A DNA stretch of 60,000 bases, from assembly GCA_965235115.1 (NCBI GenBank), contig OZ249436.1, positions 20,586,001 through 20,646,000 of the forward strand. The letters run 5' to 3'. The notes under the pieces are model-generated. The model was given only the letters and a program-made list of their open reading frames with translations. It was not told the DNA's origin and ran no database searches. Positions 22,418 through 33,017 of this stretch are shown here, piece after piece. The position numbers and the translations under genes are program-made. Source of the DNA: Laetmonice hystrix (taxonomy: Eukaryota). Position 1 is the first letter of the stretch, and each line of letters begins with the position of its first letter.

Positions 22418-25400
22418 ATGGCAGCAGAAGAGAGTGGATTGTCTGCCACCTTGGACAAGGTTTTATTTGTGAGCAAGGTAAGTGTTCCTCTGCTCCTGAT
22501 TTTAATAAGGAGGTAGCCAATCGCAGTGATGTCTGCCGTAATATGGTGCTTCGTGTCGACTGGCATTTTGAGATGCTTGCAGTGCTAGATCTACAGGTTT
22601 TTCCTCTGACCACGGCAACGGACCACACCTTTATTAATAATTTTCTTGGCTTGGTCTTGCGTTGTTGACATGGCAGATAGGCCTACTGACTTATCATCTT
22701 CCCCGGTCTAGAGATTTGAAATATAATTTCAGGTTCCGTTATTGCTAAAAGCGACTGCTGCTGATGAGACACCTACTCCGGGTTACATGTATCAGGAAAT
22801 CAATGGTTCGTTCCTTGCTTTATCCTTTATCATTAGGCCTATCAGTATCACTATCGTATCAGTTTATGACATTTTTACTTGTACTATTATATTAGTAATG
22901 TCTGTATTATAATTATAGTGTATGTAATGTTTAAAACATAGTCGATCCTGGGAAATAAATGCAATACTATCAGAGATTTAAAGTTTATTATGAGGCTTCT
23001 ATAAAACTAAAGCTTTTTTAAACATTTCTTGTAATATTGTAGGTAGAGTAATTATATCTTGCACCAAATCGCAAATGATCATTACAGCATTCTTCGTGCT
23101 CTCCAAAACCTGTATTACTTGATCCATTTGTGTGTTTGTTAAAAACATATTTTATATCTATTATATAGAGTTAAGTTTGGTGTCGAGTAGCTACTGTCAG
23201 ACCCTGTTGGACTATTTAATAGACCGGCTAGACAAAGACTCCTGTTATGTCAAACTTAAGGTAGGTTTCAGGTTTTATTTAACAGTTGGCCCACCAATTC
23301 TCATTAGTAGATGAGAGCTAAGTTGGAAATATGGTTTCACAACAAAAAACTTTACCAGTGGAAGATGTAATTCCATCACAAGTTTTAAGAGAGGTCATTT
23401 ACCAAGTTGCTTTTCAACATGTAACTAATGAAATTTTTTTTGGAAACATCATAAAGGTCCTCAAAATTCTGCAGTATGTCGTTGAAAATGGCCATCCACA
23501 CTTTCGTGAAGGCTTACGTCGAAACTCCCGTGGAATAAAAGAAGCCACAAGTAGGTATCAATTTTTGTAGCAATCAAGTCATTGTTTAATATCTAGAGTG
23601 TATCTGAGTGGGAGATAGATCTTTCAAGGACAGAATCGCTCTTGCAAAATAAGAAAAGGTTCAGAAGATTACAGAAGTGTAATTTGACATAAATTACATT
23701 ATTACAGTGAATGGACATAGTTACAAGTATATGATAAAAGATTTGTAAAGTTAGAATAATGTTCCATTATTCTATAGAGTATGCTGGCCCCCTAGATCCC
23801 CTGAACGGTAACACGCCATATCTTAATGTCAGGAAGGCTGCTCAGGTACAGTGAACTTTCTGACTTCATGCTTTGTGATATAAATGTAGTTCATACTTCT
23901 TGACCTCTGACAAGTTCACTGCTGATTTAACTTGACAGTTCCAACGCACCTAATTGTTGTTCACTTCCTTTCAGGACCTTTCTCAAGTTCTGTTTGATGT
24001 TAACTCAGGTGACACAGAGATGCCTCAAAAACAGCCACATACTAAGTTGAAAAGCACAGGTAGCAGTATTATATTTATATATTTGGTGACAATTGGTCTC
24101 CACAGCAAGAGGTATTAAACTGTATACAAGATGGTGCACTGACGTGGAAATAACATGACATGTTCTATTTTTATTTCAGGTGGAATGGGTAACATGACCT
24201 CCAGTAATGCTAGCCATGGATTTGGCAGTGTTCAAAACCGACCAACAAGTACGTTTTACTATCACAACTGGCCATAAATTCTGACTCGAGTAACAGAACC
24301 TTACAAATAACTGTTGATAACACTCGTTATACTAGTGCCACTGTGAACAAAACACTATTATATAATGATAGAAAAAGTACATTGCACATTGTGTAAGACT
24401 GGATTATGATATTGTAGAATCTTTGGGTGAAACAATTGTCAGTGGACTGAGGGAACTAGCTGACCGAGTCGTGGAACCTCAAGATCCACGATGGGTGGCA
24501 GAGAAAGAAACCCTTGACCAGTTCAAGGGGGGAGCGTACAAACCTGTCCAGCTGACCATGCACAGTTCAGCAGGGGGCGGTACTGCAGACTGGGAGAAAC
24601 CCCCAACAGGGCCCCAGCCACAGCTGCAGGTGAAGAGTCTGGAAACACATCGATCAATCGTTGGTGAGCACTCAGACTGTAGTAGCAACTTTAGAGTTAA
24701 TAGTTCAAAGTTTTAACTTTTAGAACTACCCCCCGGAACATAGTATTAAATTTGTGGTAAATAACATTGCATTTCTCGTCGAAACCTTCAGTATATTATA
24801 CTAGTATAATGTTGTGATGAGGTACAGATGATGAAGAATAAAATTGATCTATCAGATCTACCTGACATATAAAGTAGTGTTATGAGAAGGCCAAATTATT
24901 ATTTTTTGTGTGACATACCTGACTTACATGATGATAATTTCGTCATGTATTGTATATTAATTTTGGAAGCGGAAGACAGCTAGTATTGCACGGTAATGTT
25001 TCTGTTTGCAGCCCACCGACCAGGTGTTGCGGGTGGTGGATGGGACGAGGATGTGGATTACTTGGAGCGCCCTCTACAGGCCCAGACATCCTCCTCTACC
25101 CTGGTGTTGTCTGGAGGTGGGAGTACCAGCAGCAGACATTCTGATTCTATGGAAGACCAGCCTAACAGTAGTGGGACTGAAGTCATAGACAGGTAAGAAA
25201 CATACAGAAAACTCATGTCTACCATTGGTGAGCATGTTTAATATCTACCTTGAAATGACGTTTTTATTACGAGATATTTTTAACAGCACATAACTAGAAA
25301 TATCCCTGGTTCAAAAATTCAAAATCCTTTTTATCCAGAAAGCTTTCACTAATGCTGGCATTACAGTGGGATTGGTACTTGAGAGCATTTAATACTACTT

Positions 25401-26984
25401 TAAGTTCACTTGAGAACCGTATTTCTTCATGCACCATAGACTCTCCAACATGCAAATTGACAGCTGGAATGCAGAGGAAGAATTAGTTACCGTCTTCGTG
25501 GAAAATCAACAGAGGACTTTGCCATCCAGGAATGATATCAATTCTTTCATCAAGAGGTGGGTTCATAAAGTTCATAAAGAACGCATCAGTCAGTGTTCAT
25601 GAACAATCATTCTTTTCAAAGTTGAAAGATGTAAATTCCAACATATCTGTAATCACTGGACTTGCAATGTATGAATACTGCAATTCTGAATTTCATAATA
25701 AAGATAGTTTGAACCTCCTGTCCCCTTAGTTCTCAGAACATTTCATAGTTTACCTCAAACACTATTGTTCAGCTGTACAACTAAAGGGCCTCCTCCATTT
25801 TTAAGGTGCGGGGAGTTGAATTGTGAGAAGGTGGTGTCCTTATTGAACTCCCACCTGAGGCCACATCAAGAACCTAAGGCCATGGTAAGATCCACCTCTA
25901 TCAATTTATCAAACAATCTTTTAGAGATAAATTTCGCTAATATTGTATAAGGCAGGGAGAGTGTGACTTAGCTCACCTGATTTTAGGCTTACATATGTTA
26001 TAAGTAACATAAGTTAGAACAGGTACTTTGGTTACTTCCTACCCAAGAGAATAATACTTCTCAGAGTTCGTGCCTTTTACTACTTGAGTACAAAAAAATC
26101 TTCTTTTGCAAACTGCAGCGTATTCTGATGATTCTTGACCATCTGATGCGTACAGACCTGGTGACAGTCGACTACATAGCACAGGTGTGCGCCATAAAAC
26201 TTGTTACTATATACAAGGCAGCGCATGGCCAGGCTAAAGCTAAGGCCAGAAAGGTATGATAGTGCTTACTGTTATAGATTTGGTTCCAGCAGTAATTTAA
26301 ATCTGCACAGCCTAAGCCACACCTGCTTTTCTATAGTTTCAAACGGTGTCAAGTATTTTTTCTTAAAGTACAAAGTAAGGAATGGCCATAATGATCTCAT
26401 TTTCAGTATGATTCAGTAATTATAAATAAAGTTATAACTACACTAAACTAACAATAAATACATTTGTTTGGTAGGTGATACGTCAGTTGCAGTTGTTATC
26501 CAATCAAGTTGAGTTATTTCACGGCATGCCACCCATGGCAAGAGACATGAACAAGGGATGTATGACGTTACCACCAGATGGCGACACCACCAGCATTATA
26601 ACGACCAAAGACCTCAATGTAAACCTCGACAACATCACACCACAGGCTCAATCATCGCTCAACATTACACCTCGGGAAGCCACACCTAACACTAGTGCTG
26701 AAAACTCAACCACAGCCGCCGATCCCCATTCAGCACAACCGTTACACTGTATCGAACCAATATATAATGATAAAAAAGATGTCAACGTGGCGACGTGTGA
26801 TGCTAACAGGCGACATTCAGATGGAGCGATAGGTTTTCACGAGTGTACCGCCACAGCCAGTTCTAAAACCGGGTCGCAGAAACATATAGCACACACTACA
26901 CACTCCTATAGTGTTAATGATGAACCAAGCATGTTTGATTTTCTCAATCAGTCGTCCCATAATAAACTTTCACCACAAAATTAA
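22418..26984 (+). CDS. TEPSIN: AP-4 complex accessory subunit tepsin (13 exons: 22418-22477, 22733-22805, 23169-23260, 23457-23550, 23778-23845, 23975-24059, 24180-24248, 24418-24663, 25012-25192, 25440-25556, 25806-25884, 26119-26253, 26475-26984; ~602 aa)
   Basis: ENTH domain VPLLLKATAADETPTPGYMYQEI...LLDYLIDRL...VKLKVLKILQY...GPLDPLNGNTPYLNVRKAAQDL, the motif HRPGVAGGGWDE, and a second VHS/ENTH-like domain FIKRCGELNCEKVVSLL. All junctions are GT-AG and in frame (1809 nt). Confidence 0.93.
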
Positions 26985-27728
26985 CATGGCAGCTATTTCC
27001 AGGCAATTGTTTTGCAAACTATACCAAAATATAAGTATGTATTTGAAGCACCTCATTTTAAAAGTTTTACTTTCTATTTCAAGAGTGCCATGGTCAATTA
27101 GGCCTACTGTGTATTTCGATTTCGATCACTGTTTGCCTATTTTTAGCCAATGCTTTGCCATTACGAATACCATACTGCCATTACTATTTATTGAATGCTG
27201 TATTGGCATTGCTGTTGCTTCATACTGAACGCCACATAATCCATTAAAGGTTTAGAAAAAGAATATACGAGGTATAACGTACCTTTCACCCCAAGCTAAA
27301 TTATGTATAGCCTATAGGTCTAAAATATGATGATCATGCACTGGGCCGTAGCCTATGTGAGAAAAATGAAACCGTAGGACTCCGATATCTACAGGACCCT
27401 GTCTTCGGCAGAGTTTACATTTCAAACCTGTGCGCCGATGGTAATGACGTCGGGGATTTCCCATAACTCAAACTACTACTACTTCCTCCGGGGAACCCCA
27501 CAGGCCACAAGTTTTGAGTACGGAATCGTGGCCAATCGCAAGCAACCTGAAGTGAACAGGCACTGATCCCAGGGGACTTCGGCCGGATATCCAGGGGGCC
27601 CCACTCTCTGCGAGAAATATACAGTGAGCCTTTAAAAAGAAACAGGCATTTAACTTACATAACTGCCCATTAAGTGTAAAACATCTAAGCTCCAAAGAAT
27701 GTAGAACTTGGTCTTTAGTATACATGTA

Positions 27729-27977
27729 CTGCCGTGAAATGACAAAAGGAAGCAAGTCCAAAAGATCAAGTTTCGAGAAATGGGCATAAACAAGTTGTCT
27801 CTACAGTGCAGTTGGATGGACATGCTTCCTTCTGTCATGTGACTGATAGCTTCATAGAAGGATGTTTAGCAGAAATACATCAATTGATAGATAGGACTTA
27901 CTTCCCTGAATCCAAATTTACACTTAAGTCGATTTTGATGAAAGTTGGACTTGCTTCCTTTTGTCATTTCATGGCAG
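27729..27977. mobile_element. MITE, Tc1/mariner-like (TA TSD, ~33-bp TIRs)
   Basis: TA|CTGCCGTGAAATGACAAAAGGAAGCAAGTCCAA ... TTGGACTTGCTTCCTTTTGTCATTTCATGGCAG|TA. Confidence 0.8.
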
Positions 27978-28539
27978 TATAGGCTTTGTCAAGTAAGCTT
28001 TGCCCATACTCAACATTATAAATGTCATATAGCACAATGTATATATATAGTATTTTGATCAGTGAAGTACACATGTAGATTAAACAAAATTTGAGGAGGG
28101 GGACAATCACCCCTAGGCATACTTTATAATTACTGGGTGCATTGGCTGCGGTGCTCTACTCTGAATGCACAATAAATTTCCGAGAATCGCGCTTATGTTA
28201 GTAATGTGGAAATGGTGGAGATTACCAGTACAATCTTTACGAGGGGGAAACATTTAAATACTAGCATCACAGAATAAATGACTTCGGGACCTTTTAAAAA
28301 GTAAAAATCAAGCCTTTCAACTCAACAGTACATTTGTAAGTTTGTACAAGTCAAGAACTTTTGAACCTTGCAAAGTCTGGAATGCGGTGCTACCTGTAAC
28401 TACACTATCTATTGTATGTGAATAAACACCACTGACAACTATACTCTGGTCTTTGACAGTTTATTAGACTGGTTAAATAAACCATCCAGTAAAACTTGCT
28501 ACAGTGAATGTAAGGATCGTTTACCGACTACAGAAAGTC

Positions 28540-28775
28540 ATTACTTGATAGAGCAAAGCAGACTTGTACTGTAGCAGTTGTGCTTGATACAAGCACCATA
28601 CAAAGTTTGTCAGGCAATTTTAAATTTACAGGTAGGTAGATGGCTAATTAATACAACTAATTAATTACTTGATAGAGCAAAGCAGACTCGTACTGTAGCA
28701 GTCGTGCTTGATACAAGCACCATACATGTGAGGCAATTAATTACAGGTAGGTAGATGGCTCATTAATATAACTAC
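28540..28775. repeat. Tandem duplication of ~125 bp downstream of the FKBP gene
   Basis: Two copies of ATTACTTGATAGAGCAAAGCAGACT.GTACTGTAGCAGT.GTGCTTGATACAAGCACCATACA...TTACAGGTAGGTAGATGGCT. Confidence 0.85.
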
Positions 28776-29238
28776 ATGTATATTGGTCTGAAGAAATCGT
28801 CCCAACAAATTATTATAGGCCTACATGTATAATGAAATCTTCTCATTCTCGAAAATCTACTTCCAAAAGTGACATGCATTTTCAATTTCTTGTTCCCTCA
28901 ATATTTTTGCCAATGTATATAAAAAAAATTATATACCATACTCGATATGAACCTTTTGTCAATCAAGTTAAATAACATACACATGTATATTATTCTATTT
29001 GTAAATGTTATTTCAAAATCCTTCACTTTGAAAAAGATAAAATTTGGCAGATGTGTCTGAATGAATCGGACTGTAATTGATGTAATTATGAAGCCATGAA
29101 GTGACTGGCTGAATGCATCATTGATAAAATGTCATTTATGCAAGCGCTACATCTACCAGTGAAGGTAATCTATGTGTACAATGATGATAAAGTCTGGTGG
29201 CCGGCCACAAACAATCCAACCAATGTTGATGTCTTCAA

Positions 29239-31167
29239 TCACTGGATGTTTAAGATCTCAATCTCAAACGTCAGACCTGCATTTGGTGGTATGGTAGAAA
29301 CTGTTAAGGTCAACATGCAATTTTTGGGCACAGGATAAGGTCGGTCTGACGGGCAATTTATTTACATCTAATTTTCCGCGACGCTCCAAAGTTGGTACAT
29401 TGTAATTTGGAAAAGGAAGATATTGTATGAATGGAGGTGGTTTACCATGCAAGTACCGTTACTCCTTTTGTAATGTTACGTGCCATGTTTCAGATTAACG
29501 ACGTCAGACTGTATGCTGATCAATTTTTGACTATTTCAATTATAAGGTCAATAGTTCATCTTACACTTACAGTACTGTCTAAGGCATTATGTTTGACCTT
29601 TTGGTATGCCTTAATGCTTATTTTCTTGTCAGCTCAGAAAAAAGGATATCCCCATGCTGGAAAGCCTTGTGGACCATAGCCTTTATGGCCTGGAATCTTC
29701 AGACGTGATATTTCACCCTGTTTCATTGTAAGGCAGCCTTCATCCCAACCTGAAATTAGACCACCAAAAAACCCTAATGAGCAGGGATTTTTCGAATTTT
29801 ATGCAATTACCGGTATTTGCTCAGTCTTGATTGCACAGGTATTCTCTATTTGTTATCCAACAACTGCAATTGCTATCCTACATTTTAGAAAGTTCTGTAC
29901 GTAAAATGACATAGATCTACATTTAAATGATTTCAGTAATTTTAATAACTTAAGAAATGTTTTTGAAAACATGGATAAATTACAGTTGCATTACTTACCA
30001 GCTATAACTTGTCCTACACCACACTTGAAAGTAAATGGCTGCTGTCCTGGATCTTTCGTGCTGTTACCAAAGATATAATAATTGGCAAATTTGTAAGAAA
30101 ATGACTCCCTCAAAAAACTTATTACATCTCAGGGCTCGAAATACTTGCAAAAAATTGATTCGCATTTGAGTTATCTGCTTTGTAGAAGCAGTAATAGGCA
30201 ATATTTTGCGACTCAGCACGACTCAGCAATAGCCTGATTTTGGCATGCAAATTGTGATGCGATTCTGGTTAATTCGAGCTTAAACTGGGGGTTATGGCAT
30301 AAAATTTGTTTTTAGTGTACATATTATTTTGGGGTTGCACCTACTGATGAGTTTTGCTTTGCTGGCCAACAACATCATCATCCCAGCCAGGATTGTCTTG
30401 TTTGCCATCATGATTGTGTAACCACACACCTCCCCCTCCCCCATCAACCAATTTACATCGATCTCAACAATGACTACCTAATTGCAGAAAAAAAAAATCC
30501 ACGAAAAAACACGGAACTGCAGAAAATTCTCATCCCGGCAAGGGGGTCAAGAACCCCCCTTCCTTTTGGCCCCAATTTTTGTCTTTTTCCCATAGTCTTA
30601 GAGCTTTCTGAATTAACCGTGTCGCCCCCCCCCCCCCACCCCTTTGGCAAATTTCCGCTACAGAGTGATCTGCCACCGCACCGTTTCCAAATTCCTGCTG
30701 GATACCCCTTGAGGGCAAGTCAAGTCAGATTCGAGCTACTATATTATCCCCTAGTGTTTACGCAAGGAACTAGTTTATGTAATGTAGTGCGCGCCCCCTA
30801 GTGGAAGGTATGGAAAACATCAGCGAGCGATAACGGGAGTGAAACGTCAGTCCAAAGTCGGTTACTTGTTATTAATAATTCCCACGCCCCACGACCTCAT
30901 ACGGCCAACAAGACACTAACCTACGCATCCCGGTAGACTACTCTACTGCCCCAGCATGGTACGGCCGACCCCCACGGCGCCCCCCCCCCCCCAAGCCGCC
31001 CGACGCCGACGGCTCCCGGCGCCGGCCCAGCTTACGCCTTACCTCCAGAATTTCTTGTTGGTCTCCGTCAGTAAGCCTGTGCAGTGCACTGTGATGGTGT
31101 CGCCTGCCTTCACCTGACGTCCATTGCTTTGTTGCAAAATCTGCTTTACAACCCCAGCCTCACTCAT
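29239..31167 (-). CDS. FKBP-type peptidyl-prolyl isomerase, plant-FKBP12-like (4 exons: 31167-31043, 30060-29999, 29749-29650, 29293-29239; 113 aa)
   Basis: Spliced product MSEAGVVKQILQQSNGRQVKAGDTITVHCTGLLTETNKKFWSTKDPGQQPFTFKCGVGQVIAGWDEGCLTMKQGEISRLKIPGHKGYGPQGFPAWGIPPNAGLTFEIEILNIQ, with FKBP motifs VI.GWDEG, GYG and IPPNA.L.FEIE. Confidence 0.93.
29294..29649 (-). other. U12-type (minor spliceosome) AT-AC intron, 356 nt
   Basis: 5' site |ATATCCTTT, branch point CCTTAAC (29309-29303) and 3' end TCTAC|. Splicing restores GFPAWG-IPPNA. Confidence 0.92.
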
Positions 31168-31740
31168 GGTGACTGAACTGTTGTCCTTCGCAAACGAAAT
31201 TTACAGCTTTCTTCCCGGTCTGTGGCTGTGTACCCTTGGCTTCGAAAACACCGGAAATGGCAACTACGCATGCGCAGTTACCACTTACGCGGGAAAAATC
31301 GTAGGCCTAGACCGTGAAGTTCGTTTATATTCCACCAGGTGGCACGCGCGGTTGGCAAGAGTGAACTCGGTGAGGGGGGGGGGGGGGGCTAATTTTCTTG
31401 AATTTAGAAGGCACAGCTCTGCCCCCCCTATTTCCCGACATCTGCATGCAGATATAGGCCTAAATTGTGAAGTTGCTCAAAGCATTTAGGCCTCTATAGC
31501 CTATTAGTATTAAAGAAGCCGATACCCTAGACCTATTAGCCCATTAACATTAGCCTAACACCAAGCCCCGTTATAGATATAGGCTGGCCTATAGGCACAA
31601 GGCCGTAGATCTATATTATATTTATAGGTCTAGCTAGAAACTTTTCAGTGGGGGAGGGCAGTCAGGGGCGGATCCAGGAATTTGGGAAATTAGGAATTTA
31701 CTGTGCTCGATATGCGTTTTCCTGGCAACTAATAGGCCTA

Positions 31741-31828
31741 TAGGCCTAACAATCTAATTAAAACTAGATCTTGGTATTCCGCATGCGAAATACCTGAGAT
31801 CTAATTTTAATTAGATTGATAGGCCTAA
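31741..31828. repeat. Near-perfect ~88-bp palindrome
   Basis: TAGGCCTAACAATCTAATTAAAACTAGATCTTGGTATTCCGCAT|GCGAAATACCTGAGATCTAATTTTAATTAGATTGATAGGCCTA, centred on GCATGC. Confidence 0.85.
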
Positions 31829-33017
31829 TGACAATTTTCTGGGGTTTTACAGGGGCAGTTGCCCTCTGCCCCCCCCCCGCTAACTACGGCCCTGATATAG
31901 ACTCTTTAAATCATTATGATGCTGCGTTTCAAGCCCTCAAATAATATTATTGACCCAGAATGCAGTCAATTTTGTATCAGAATTCCAAGCCTTCTCCCAC
32001 ACCCTCAATGTTCGGTGCATTACTTGGTAGGCCTATATCTAATGCCGATAATGTCATGCAGGGAGGCTAGTAAATACTACACTCTCAGGGGCAGGTCCAG
32101 GATTTTTTGCAGGGGGGGGGGGTGGTCATAAGGAAGCGCCGCGCCAAGGGACGGGGGCCATCCGACTGAAAATGTTTGGGAAAATAATAGGGCATAGACG
32201 GTATTTCCCTGCTTCTCAGCATTAAACGGTAGAGCTTTTAGTGCCTTTTATAAAATTCAAGTAAATGGATGAAAATTACCACCTGTCGTTAGCACGACCC
32301 CCCCCCCCAACCCCCAACCCCCCGATTCGCGCATTTATAATTCTTTGATAATGTGCCCACGAGTGTATATATATAAACATATATGCTGCACATATATATT
32401 GTCCTATTGAGTCCTATTGTCCTAATTGCGCCCACTGGGGTCCCTTATTCACCACCATCCCCCCCCCCCCCCCGGGGGGGGGGCTATGTGGGCATAAACT
32501 CTGGCCGTTTTGTCACAGTTTGTGTCGTTCCGTAGGATGAGGGGTCATATGCCTGACGTGTATACGTTCCTATACTAAATATATGTTAGGCATAGGTCTA
32601 GTTTAGCATAATGGCTCGGCTAATAGATCGACAGGGCTTCTTGTGGCACATGATGATTTTCTCGCTGACATCTTTCCTGGTTCATATAGCCCGAAATCGG
32701 TCTATATAGCAATGAATCCATGGCCTGGAAGACATCTGGGCCACTGCAGGACTTCATACTCGCCTACACGTACGCCTATCTAGATTTACAGACGATAGTG
32801 GCTTCCCCGAATACGTCACTCAGAATATTCAGAACAGCTCAGCCTGATGCCACATCCGACACACCCGCGCGAATGGCTTCCATGGCGTCAATGCCATGGC
32901 GCCCTCTGGTGTCAGGAACATTACCCACTCTCCAGCTAAACACTGAACCTTGGGGCCCTCTAGGCATATATAGGCAGGGCCCCTCGACGTGAATTGTGAC
33001 GGCAAGAAGAAGGCAAT

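Noticed and set aside
22182..22668. Overlapping 106-148-aa ORFs on both strands
   Set aside because: They span the TEPSIN promoter, exon 1 and intron 1 in other frames; they are chance ORFs.
18900..31167. Recent horizontal transfer or plant contamination as the explanation for the plant-like genes
   Set aside because: The genes are intron-rich, include a U12 intron, and sit among animal-type genes (TMEM26, PRD homeobox) with similar base composition and repeat landscape.
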